Below are positions 26,173 to 37,422 of a stretch of 64,000 bases of DNA, piece after piece. The translations under genes were made by a program, and so were the position numbers. Under the pieces are notes generated by a model. The model ran no database searches and was not told the DNA's origin. It worked only from the letters and a program-made list of their open reading frames with translations. Location of the stretch: NCBI GenBank assembly GCA_030704615.1, contig CM060733.1, positions 19,778,001-19,842,000 on the forward strand, given 5' to 3'. Numbering within the stretch: the stretch's first letter is position 1; the number at the start of each line of letters is the position of its first letter. This DNA is from Takakia lepidozioides. Lineage: Eukaryota; Plantae; Bryophyta.

Positions 26173-28077
26173 TCACACCTCCTCCACCTGTGGAAGGCTC
26201 ATCAAGGCCAGTACAGCTTTTTTGGGAGTCAGTTCATTGTCAAGAATGCGAGCTACAGCCGTAAGCACCGGCATTTGAACTCGATACTTCCGAGCCAACG
26301 CGATGACCGCACCTGCTGTGGCAACACCCCCCGCTACTTGACTCATGGAGGACAAAATGTCTTCAAGTTTTTCACCTGACCCCAGTCTGACCCCCACAGA
26401 TCTATTCCTTGACAGTGTCACAAAACAAGTAAGCATAATGTCCCCAGATCCAGAAAGGCCTGCCAGGGTTGTAGATTTTGCACCCATCTTTTCTGCCAGC
26501 CATCTGATTTCTGAGCAGCCCTGAGCAACAAGAGCCGCCATGCAATTGTTCCCAAGCTTCATGCCCTCGACAATTCCTGCTGCAATGGCTAGCACATTCT
26601 TGAGTGCTCCTGCCATCTCAACACCCACGACATCATTGGATGTGTTAACCCGAAGATAGCGAGAAGCTAGAAGCTGCTGAGCAGCCCTTGCTAGTTCCTT
26701 GTCTCGAGAGGCAGCCACCATGGCCGTGGGAAGCTCATCCATGAGCTCGATTGCAAAGGAGGGGCCAGAGATTACAGCAACTGGCTGTCGCGGGTTCCCA
26801 AGTGCTCTAGGAATAACTTGCGACATCATTTCCAGGGTGGATAGCTCCAAGCCCTTGCTTACAGACAGGAAAGGCAAGCTTGCTGGAACATGCTCTGCTA
26901 TGCTCCTTAGAAAGGCCGTACTCGACTGAACAGGGACTGCGTGAATGCAGAACTGGGCATCTTGCAGAGCTTCTTGGGCGTTGGTAGTTGCCCCCACATT
27001 GACAGGCAACAGATGTTTTGGGAAATACCTCATATTTGTATGGTGGTTGTTGATAGACTGGCACACAATATCGTCCCTGAGAAGAAGGGTGACGTTCATT
27101 TCAGCTTTGTTTCTAGCCAATAGGACGGCCATTGCCGTACCAAACGAGCCTCCCCCCAGGACAACCACTTTCTTGGTCTTCACCAGGGCATTGGATTGTT
27201 TGCGAGCATTGAGCAATTGCCATGACCTTGACCATCGAACCAGTTTTTCCCAGGCAGTTCTTACGATCTTGCTCTCCTCTGTAGTGCGATGAAACATGCC
27301 AGGGCTGAATTTGAGATTGCCACTTTCATTCGCAATGCCTGTATCTATCAAGCTGCTCGAATCCCTTGTGCTCTCTGCGTATAATTGAACCCCTGGTTCG
27401 TCACAATCATCCGACCTTTCTTGGGCTTCTACTGTTTCGAATCTATCTGCTTCTAGTGGTGAACGTGACAATTTTTTCTCCTCTAACGGGTCCCCTGCCT
27501 GATATCTCTCCGCCTCTGGAGACAAAGCACTACTATTGTGCAGCAATAGTTGTTGTGTTACGATGCCCAACTCTTCTCCTCCGCCGAGCTCGTCACCGAA
27601 TCCAGAGCAACTATCGCTTCTTCGCACGGATACATCTTGGAACAAAGGTCGCACGGACACATCTTGGAACAAAGGAGTGGGAATCTCTCCATGTGAATCC
27701 AACACAGGAGAATCCGTTATAACGCTACATCCCCCTAGCGGGTGTTCCCTCAACGAACGAAAGGTCAGGGCTTCACTCTTCTTCTTCCTCAACCCACCTG
27801 CACGAAAACTATCTCTGCATTTCTCAAATGCACAGCCACTATACACAGGGTCATACACAACACTCAAACAATCTCTGTTGCCACAGCTCCCAATATCACA
27901 ACCGTATTTGGATTTCCAACAACCCTGAGCGCGAGCCCATGACAGCCCCTTCTCTCCGCTCCTCGACTGCCCTAACACCAATTTGCCGCTCAGGTTTGAA
28001 TACAAACATGCATCCCAAACACTTACCTCATAAGCATGAAAGGAAGAAGAAGGCAGCAGGCACAAATGGGTTGCCAT
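26173..28077 (-). CDS. NAD-dependent glycerol-3-phosphate dehydrogenase, plastid SFD1/GLY1 type, intronless, long N-terminal extension
   Basis: KVVVLGGGSFGTAMA, SKGLE, SGPSFA, DVVGVEMAGALKNVLAIAAG, GLSGSGDIMLTC, SRNRSVG. First ATG (MATHLCL) at 28077; the frame is open to 28317. Confidence 0.95.
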   Translation of the reverse strand: MATHLCLLPSSSFHAYEVSVWDACLYSNLSGKLVLGQSRSGEKGLSWARAQGCWKSKYGCDIGSCGNRDCLSVVYDPVYSGCAFEKCRDSFRAGGLRKKKSEALTFRSLREHPLGGCSVITDSPVLDSHGEIPTPLFQDVSVRPLFQDVSVRRSDSCSGFGDELGGGEELGIVTQQLLLHNSSALSPEAERYQAGDPLEEKKLSRSPLEADRFETVEAQERSDDCDEPGVQLYAESTRDSSSLIDTGIANESGNLKFSPGMFHRTTEESKIVRTAWEKLVRWSRSWQLLNARKQSNALVKTKKVVVLGGGSFGTAMAVLLARNKAEMNVTLLLRDDIVCQSINNHHTNMRYFPKHLLPVNVGATTNAQEALQDAQFCIHAVPVQSSTAFLRSIAEHVPASLPFLSVSKGLELSTLEMMSQVIPRALGNPRQPVAVISGPSFAIELMDELPTAMVAASRDKELARAAQQLLASRYLRVNTSNDVVGVEMAGALKNVLAIAAGIVEGMKLGNNCMAALVAQGCSEIRWLAEKMGAKSTTLAGLSGSGDIMLTCFVTLSRNRSVGVRLGSGEKLEDILSSMSQVAGGVATAGAVIALARKYRVQMPVLTAVARILDNELTPKKAVLALMSLPQVEEV

Positions 28078-28802
28078 TGACAAAGCAGACTGCTGATATC
28101 TCCAACGGCATAGCTGCCTTCCCCTCCTCCGGCCACACCGACAAGAACGCTGCTCTTGTACTCTACTTACTGAACACGTCCCTTTCTTCTTCTCCAACGT
28201 CGCCGTGGTCCCCAAATTTGTAATCCGCAAATCCGATTGTCCCGCATTTGTCCCTCTCTCTATAACTATTTGCCGGCCACGAGACTGGGACACAAGACTG
28301 TAATTCTTCACTGGCACTTTGTTTCTCAGGGCTTATCCAATGGGCCACCCCTCTGAAGATGGGGTCGCCCCGGGTACGCGCCTTAGGGAAGATGACTCGG
28401 ATAGTCTAGAAAAAAAAAATATATATATATTATTACACAGTTGGAAAGATAATGGGTTGGCGGACCCACCCGTCGTATTGTCGGGCGGATCGTTGCGGAG
28501 GGCGTAAGAGACGAGGATGAAGATTCAGTGTATGATGAATCCAGGGGAGAATCCAGAGCGCTTTCTGGCCAGCTTGAATTGGAAAAGTGAAGATTAGGCG
28601 TGTTTTGTATGCAAATCTCAGCTTTCGGGGAGATAATTGTAGACTGAGGAGGAAGATTCCACAGCAGGTAATACTCTGCTGTCGTATGTTCATTCGAGTG
28701 GATCCAGAAGATTTGTGCTAGTGATATTTTCGCATTTGCGACCGCTGTATCTGATGCCAAGGAGGCTTGTCGATTGATGATCGTTTGTCGGCATGTTCAG
28801 CT

Positions 28803-31800
28803 ATGGTGAGATTTGGGAAGAAGCTGAAGGAGCGGCAAGTGCCCGAATGGGAAGAGTAAGCTCCGTTATTGTTGGATGCCATTTTTTGAGTTTAGTGCAG
28901 CTTTGTATACTGGTACAGAGACCAGGACTGGAGGTCAATATTTGGTCTAAATGTGCTGGGATCATCAGGATCTCTTTCAAAAGTCCACTTTCATCTCATT
29001 TGTGAAAAAGGGAATCCACCTGTCCGATCTGCTTGCATGTCTGTTTCTGTTACGATATCGAACATTTTGTGATGCCTTGTGATGGGTACTGTCTGAACGA
29101 GGGGCCCTTCATAAAAGCATCGAACATATTATCACTACACCACTTTCGCTCGGTTGAGAAGCTGGGAACTGTGGCTTTCCGTGGTTCCGAGTAACCACTC
29201 GCATTGAATTGATGGTGTGGTAAAGAGCTTCCTAAGAAAATCTAATTTCAAGCTACCCATTCCAGCTCATCTATATGACAGCTATGGAGGATTAGCACAC
29301 AATTAACATAAGCGATGGCAGGTACTACATATCTTACAAGCTCATGAAAAAGAAAGTGAAACAATATGCGCGGCAAGTTCAAGGGGGGAACAAAGAAGAC
29401 CGCAAGCGTGTCCTCAGAGACTTTTCGGACATGCTCGACCATCAGGTATGTTTACATCAACATCATTTATAACACCCTGCCAACTCCTCAGTTCCAATTT
29501 GTCATGTTTTGATTTAACCCTTCGCCTTTGTCCTCTCATTCTTTCTTGTATCCTACTTTCTTTTGTTCCATAAACTCTTTGAGCTGTCCAGGACGTTATG
29601 AAGTATCAGTTCATTTTATTTCTGTCCCTCTTCCCTCCAAACTACATGATAAAATTCTTCATTGCGCAGGGAACTACGCATCACTCTTGCAATAGGAATA
29701 CGGACTATCATCCTTGATGTCATCTACATGTGTATTGTTCTCTGGTAGGTTGAGAAGACGGTTCTCTTCCTACTGAGTAAGCAAGGGCAATTGGCAACCC
29801 GACTCTCCAAGCTGGCTGACGAGCGAGAGACCAAAGATTGGGAGGAAGGAGTGGGCAGGGGGCACATGGCTGTGCTGTTGGAGGCGTACAGGGCAGTGGG
29901 AAGGGATTTGCTGAAGCTTCTGTACTTTGTGGAGGTCAATGCAACTGGGTTGCGGAAGATTATGAAGAAATTTGACAAGCATATCGGCTATCATTTGAGT
30001 GATGAATATGTTGCCACCCGCTCAAACCACCCCTACTCTCAGCTTCAGCAAGTTTTTCGCCATGTGGTGGGTACGGCAGAATGCCTTTGCAGTAGCATTT
30101 GTGCTAGCCCAGGGTCTGGTTTCAGATGGTACCATTTGCATTGCAACTTGTACTGCAGTCACTCATATGGCATTTGGTAGCTCACATGTTTGTGTCAACG
30201 CTGGACTCGACTTGTGTACTCTGTTCGTGTGGAAGCACAGATGTTTACCTATCAACGCACTGCTCTCACAGCCCATAATACATGGACAGAGACTGCAGGC
30301 ACGTGTTAGTGTAGAAAGAATGGTGGAGGAAGGCAGGGAATTATGCTATCAGGGTTTTTCTGCAAACTTACCAACAATCCTCATGTCAAATTGCAGGGCA
30401 TAGGTGCGATGGTTGGAACGATATCCCGCAACCTTGCTGAGCTTCAAGCTGAAGGGCAACGTATTGTATCCATGTATGACCACCCTTCAGCACTGGTTTT
30501 CCATGTGAGATGAGAACCTTCTCAGCCACGTGGCTTTCAAGAAACCACATTTGGAAGGAGGATAGCTTGAATTCATGAGCACGTCTGTAGGTTGCCATGT
30601 TTTACCTGCATTATTTTGCTGAAGGGAGTTTTCTATGATTGCCGTAGCCCTGTACTTACCGAAAATATGAGAGGCAGTGGTCTGGTGAAACAACTGTAGA
30701 GGGAGAAGAACTCTCTGTAGAAAATAGTACCACAAGGAACTTCCAACTGAAATTGCAAAAGAGAAATGAAATGAAAAGAAAGGAAGAAAAGGAGCTTATA
30801 ATAATGTCAACAGGAACCCCAAAGAGCTCATGGGACAAGATCACAAAAGAAACAAACAAAGCCCTAGAAAGCCAGAGAAAGACACAAATGAAATGGAATG
30901 GTACTTTATAACGTCCGCGGAAAGCTATGGGACAAAAGGGAAAAAGAAGAAAGAAGAGACTAAACCACAGCCAAAAGCAGCCCAAAAGCAACTACTCCTC
31001 AAGGGACCACAAAGAAAGGATCGTGATACCATCCACAGGAGGGAGGCAGAAAGGAACTGATAGCCACCAATCTGGCTCATTGTGCAGGATCCAATAATTG
31101 AGTCAATCAAAGCAGCAGAAGACAGGTTGACAAATTCAACCAGCTTTTTACAGTTCTTGGGGAAACAAGCTTTATATGCAAGTGATGATCTGGCTAGGTC
31201 TCCTGAAGAAGGAATTGAGGAGGAAGAGTACCATTTCATGTCACTCGTCCTCAATCTTGCTAACACCTTTCTCTATATGGTGGGTTCCAAGTGTTCCATG
31301 TGCTCTTGGATAGATATTAGGCTAAAGCCTTCTGATGATATATCCTGTTTCATACCATGTTTCCTGTGCACGCAGAGTGAATCTGAGTATCTCTATGTCC
31401 TTCTTCTTCAGATTGTGCAGCTTCAAAGGAAACTGAGTTTGTGCCCATATGTCAATAGGGATGTTATAATGTATCTATCCAAGCTGAAGCTCAGTTTCAC
31501 TTTCTTTGTTTCTGATATAACAGGTGAACACATACATAATAGTTCCAACAGCTGACAAGTATGCTGAGAGCTTGGGGGCAGCGCCCACACTCTGTGGAGT
31601 AATTATTGGCTCTATGGCTGTGGCACAGCTGGTGTCATCGATTTACTTGAGTGCTTGGTCTAACAAGTCCTACTTTGGGCCTCTGATTTTCAGCAGTATG
31701 GTTCTTTGCCTTGGGAATGTTGTTTATGCCATCGCCTATGACCTGAAGTCTGTCACTATTCTTCTTATAGGACGTTTGCTCTGCGGGTATAGTTTCTCTC

Positions 31801-34723
31801 GCCTCTCCTGTTGTGGGTCTTGGTAATCTGAATGACGTTAATACCATTTTGGGCAGTGCCAGTGAGAATTTTGATGATTCTTGTTAGCACCAACTTAAAC
31901 ATGTTATGGATGGTAAATGACCTTTGCATACTGATTGAATGTCACACTCCTGTGACTGACAGGTTGGGTTCAGCAAGGGCAGTAAACAGACGCTACATCA
32001 GTGACTGTGTTCCTGCAAAATCACGGCTGCAGGCCTCAGCTGCTTTTGTCAGTGCCAGTGCGTTGGGAATGGCTTCAGGGCCTGCGCTTGCTGCAGTCCT
32101 GGATTTTGAGACAACCGTGTTTGGACTAACGCTTAATGGCAACACATTACCAGGATGGGTTATGGCGGGGGGTTGGCTTGTCTATCTTGTCTGGGTTTGG
32201 TCTGGCTTCAAGGAGCCCTCTCATGATCCTGATACTTATGAGTCAACAGAAGGAAATGATACAAATGTAATTGTAGGTAAGAAAGAATCACTGTGCTTGG
32301 AGTGCCGGTGTGCTTTTCAAGTATTGCTCATTATGTTAGAAAACAAATGTTCTAGTCAATGTCTTATAGCTGTTAACCCTGGTTACAGGCAGAGGATCTT
32401 TGGATTACAGCTTTTGAGATATTCTTTAAGAACTTCTGTTGTGCAATCCTCTCATCTCACACCATCCTCAAAGCTGAAAACCTAGATCATCATGCTGTTG
32501 GGTCAAGAATAAATCAAATGGCTGATAGGTGGTATCGTCTTCTATTCCAGCTCTACGGTACCACTGTGGGCTGGGCCTTCAGTCTCCTTTTCTTCCTGCT
32601 TGTTGGATTGCCCTCCCTTCTATTGGATTTTTGCTTTGTTTCTCCATATCCATACATTACCAGGTTCAAGCGAAGCATTGTCTGATAGTGTGTCCTAAAT
32701 GATTGCAGATAGTCCTGAGGAAAGCCTTGCAAATGAACAAGGAAGAGAGGACGGGTTCTTGGAACCACTCCTTTCAGTGATTGTGCGGCCTACAGAGACA
32801 GAAGCTGAAGCTGAAGCTGCAGGTGATCTTGTTTTGCTAATTCTGAGATGTGAATTGTTTCCAATGCATTCTGGGTTGTAGATATGGATTTGGGCAGTCT
32901 TATTTTGTATTGCCTCGTACGTCGTGACTCTAATGGTTTGGGTCAGGCTAGGCATCTTGATCAGCTTTCTTCCTTCCTCTTCCAAAGATAAAAACTACAT
33001 CGCATTCTTACAGACAAACTATTGACTTTGCTGCCAGCTAGTGAGTTTCCCAGGAGTGTTTCCATGCCTGATTGGAGGATTCTCCAACCAGAACGTTCCG
33101 TCAATGACCTTCCCTTGGTCTTCTGGGAACAAGTCATTTTATAAGTTGAGATGCCTCCATAATCCAGTCACCCAGACCCACTGTCACAATTCTCCAAAGG
33201 TAGCTAAACTTCAGAACAGGATTTGGACTGTAGTGTCCCCTAGCACACTGGTCATGCAGAGGCCTTTTTCGGGTGAGGTGTTCACATTGATTTTTGGCTA
33301 CAGATGACTACCTGGATGATAGAGCGGACAGTGAGGTCTCAGAAGAATCTGCTAGGCCAGCAAATTCAATTCAAGAAGCATATCAGTTACTAACTTCATC
33401 TGTAAAGGTAAAGACTTCTTGTTCTGATTTCATTTATTTAGTTTCAAAATTTTCAGTGGACTATACACAGTGACTTTAGATGTCTTAAGAAGTACTGTGA
33501 GCACTAACGGAAGATGAGTGTAGCCATTTTGACTGTGGGGATAGCAGATGTTACCTGAACTTGATTTCCAAGATGAAACCTTTCTGTAGTATCCTCAAAT
33601 TGACATCAGCACTTGTCCTTTGTTTGAGATGCAGGTGCAACTGTTTATTTACTTCTTTCTCAAGTTTGCAATGGAGGTTTTGATTTCGGAGTCCAGTGTT
33701 GTAACGGCGTACTATTTCCAGTGGGGAACGCATTTGGTGGCATTATTTCTAGCCTTCCTGGGGCTCACAGTCTTGCCTGTCAACTGGGTCGTAGGGAGCG
33801 TTGCAAGCAATATTTTTGAGGAACGGTATGCTCTTAAGATTTTGAACGACCTAATCTATAATTTAGAATTGTATGTTATTATGACTGCGACAGAGAACAC
33901 ATAAGAGCAACAGATGGAGAGGTGCCTGCAAGAGAGGGAGAAGTGGAACGGGGTGGGTTGGGGCAGGAGAGGGATTTGACCAAAAGAATCATGGAGTTGG
34001 AGGTGCACATTTAGGAGGGTCTGAGGATGTTCTCTTTTTTGGCAGGCAATTACTTCTCGCTGCGGAAATATCAACATGCTTTGGAGTGGTGGTGAGCTTC
34101 ACGTATGGTCTGGTGCCCTACACTGTGGCTCAATATGTGTGCGGAGCTCTCCTCATTTTTGTGTCTGCAGAGGTTCTTGAAGGTATCTGAATCCCTTCTA
34201 CATTTGCTCGTTGCTTTGTTTATGAAGGCAGACTCTTTCAGTAGCCCCATCTGATTCATCCAAAGTGGTTGCAAGGTGTGGGGCCAAGAGCTTTTCAAAA
34301 GCAAAGTGTATTTGGTATGGCACCTGTCAGCCAGCATGTGTGGTTTGCCAAGCAGCATGAATGTAAAATGAGAATGTCATGTTCTTCAGTCTCTTCAGTT
34401 GCTTCTCATTCACTCACAGCAAAGTGCAGAGTTGAAAACACTGGTGCTTATAGTCATGTCTTTCGTGTCTCATGATACCTGCAGGTGTAAACTTGGCACT
34501 TCTGTCCAAGGTGATGTCGTCACGGCTGGCAGGCGGGACCTTCAACGGTGGTCTCCTATCCACTCAAGCGGGCACTTTAGCACGGGTGGTGGCTGATGGA
34601 ACCATTACCTTGGCAGGCTACCTGGGGGAGAGCAAGCTTGTGAATGTCACAATGTTTCCAACACTAATTTTCGGGGTTGCATCTATCATTGGCACACTGT
34701 ACACCTACAATTCGCTGTTCTAG
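28803..34723 (+). CDS. SPX-MFS domain vacuolar phosphate transporter (PHT5/VPT family), multi-exon
   Basis: [17 protein letters not shown]|[107 protein letters not shown] introns. Confidence 0.95.
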
Positions 34724-36021
34724 GCTTCAATCTGGGTTGCTGTTGTTTTGTACTTGTGAGCCTTCAAAGGAATGTTACAGTCTGCCTAGCTCTCATTTTG
34801 AACCGATCTCCTACACCCTTTTGCCATATAGTTCCCTTCAGATTGGATGGAGTTAGGGGGGAGGAGGCAACAGAAGAGCAAAAATTCGCAATTCCCTCCT
34901 GGAAAGGTTTGCTCCTGAAGTGGGACTCACCTTTGACAAGAAATTTGGCTCTGAGCTAACAGATTTTTCTTCAGAAAGACAACTATAGTGCAAATTTTCA
35001 CCTTAGATGTCAGACCCAATGAGGGCCACAGCCTTGGCCGTTGTCTCAAGCTTCTTGAATGCAAAAAGATGCATTTCTGACGCATTAGACCACATCCACC
35101 TGGAACCTAGCGTTGTAGACATGGGAATTATTTTGGCAACTGCAACTTTAGGTTCATTCATGCGTCCTTTTTCGACCAGAGTTCCTCAAATCCAAGGAGT
35201 GAAGGTTTTCCATTACTGCACTAGAGTGGTTCTGAGATATAGGCTTCTGATTTCAGATCCAGCCAGAGAGTGAACGATTTTCTGAGATCTCGGTTGTCGC
35301 ATGCTCTTCCCCAGAAACTTTGGAGGTAGCCATTAGCTTCTGATTCTTGAATGGCTTCATTGATGGGAAAAGGATGTTATGATCCTGTGAAGTAATGATC
35401 AAAATGTGTTATAAACTTCTTTTCATTTGAAACCATGATTGAAGGTTATGTATGCTGACAGATGATGCAAGTTGTTTGTCCATGGAGCACCCCTAATTGC
35501 GTTATAGTTTCCTGAACTCAAAAGCGCTCGGATCTCTTTTACACACAGCCCAGGGCCCAAACCCCAATAAAATTTGATTTGGGTACCAGTTAGTGTTGCC
35601 ACGTAATCTTGAGCAGAGACCTTCTCTGCAGTGCCCAACAAGGATCCCAGAAGAATATCCATGTTCGCTATGCAGTGAGTGCACAGTGCACCCACTCCTT
35701 GCTATATATACAATGCCATATCCTACGTACTCACAATCCTGACAATACTCACATGTACTCACAATCCTGACTCCTGACCTGTAGAGGTGGGAAGGTCAAT
35801 AGTGGTAAACGTGTTAACGTGCAATGGCTTATTGGACATTCACACCAAAACCCAGTCAAGAGAGGAGAAATTTGGGGTCTGAGCTCATTTTTAATGTACA
35901 CGTGATGTCTGACAAAGTGTTGTAAAAAGAAGGTATGGCTTTTGGTGGATAGGTACTCTGCAAGTTTCTTTCTTTTTTGTTTAATGATACCAGCCGCTTT
36001 TTGTTTACTTTGGATCATACG

Positions 36022-36165
36022 ACTGATCCCCACTAGTTTCAGATGTTGGTCGGAGCTTTTCACTCATTAGAACTTATGTGATCCCACACGTTTCAGATCC
36101 GGTGGAGCTTTTTACTTTACTTTTGCTGATCCCCACCAGTTTGGTGTTTGGGTGGAGCTGCCGGT
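36022..36165. repeat. Degenerate ~55-bp repeat x3
   Basis: gatccccac...tttcagat...ggagctttt at about 36026, 36080 and 36128. Confidence 0.55.
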
Positions 36166-37422
36166 TTGGGGTAAGTTATTGGACCTGTAACTCAATCACA
36201 TGTGTGGTTTTTTTCGTTTGAAGGAAACCAGAGCACTTGAGAGGGAAAGTAAACCCCTTCTTGCATCCATGGGACAGAGCCCCAACGACTCTGCAGGGTA
36301 TTGAACCCCACCATAGTCTCATATGCTGTAGAAATTGTGTGAGATTATTATCTTAAAAGCTCAAAACATGGCTGAAGCAACATGTGCTAATTTGCCAAGT
36401 GTATATCTAACAAGTCGGATCTCTATTAACATCCTCCCTGCAGGCTGTTATTGGCCATGTCTGCACCAACTTCATTAAAAAAGACAAAGTCTTCACAAAA
36501 TTCAGAAGAGACTGTGAGAGGAACTGTTTCCTCAGAAGCAGAAGGGAGAAAGACTGTTAAAAATTTCTCCTTTTCGTGTGTTCGTTGATGCTGCATGCTC
36601 AAGTCTTTAATGGCCAGAGCTGTCTATCCTCCATTCTTGTCAGTAGTTGTTGGGCAGCTATGATGGCGGGCCACTAGTCCCTGTTAACCAGATTGTTCTT
36701 TCCTGATTGGCATGACCGCTGGGCAAGTACAATTGCAAAGGATGAAAAGGCAAGGACAGATGGACAATGAGATTCAAGGTAAGTAGTTGCTTTGGTAAGC
36801 AACACGGTGGGCCATGTACCGATATGGAAACACATTTGGCGGTGCCATTAGGCTAGCAACATTTACAGGTAATTCTTTGCAAGAGCTGCTGTTCTCAAAT
36901 GAGGGAGAGAATCGGTCGGAGTCTGGAGAGAGTGTACACCTATCTAAGTTATTAATGGAGGCATGCTCGAAGGGTGAGCCTTGTTTCCTGCCGAAGGAGA
37001 AGGGAGATCGAGAAAAGATACCTATCTATTTTATTCATGGAGGCATGCCTGTAAGGCAACCGTCGTCTATTTGAGGAGAGTTCCATTCCTGGGGTAACCA
37101 ATGCGGCTGAGTTGAGACGCGCTTTGACTTCCCTTGTGGCTGTCTATATTATCAATTGTGGATGTCTGTGGTTGAGAACTCGTCGAATTTGTCGAGTGTT
37201 GTGTATTCTCCTTTTTGCCTTCCTCCTGTTTTCAAGAACGAGGTTGGATGTTCGCCTTGCAATTTTTTTTTCCCGCCATCTCCTTCCACACAATCCCGAA
37301 GATTTTCTCTTCTTTTATGCAACTTGTACTCTTGTTGAACTGGAGACACTTCCGGTTGTCTCTTTGACAAGAGTTTGTCTTAACTGATTCGGATTTTGCA
37401 TTTCGTCAGCAGATACACAACT

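Noticed and set aside
35007-35762. Short ORFs between the SPX-MFS and TMEM135-like genes
   Set aside because: No family could be recognised from the sequence alone.
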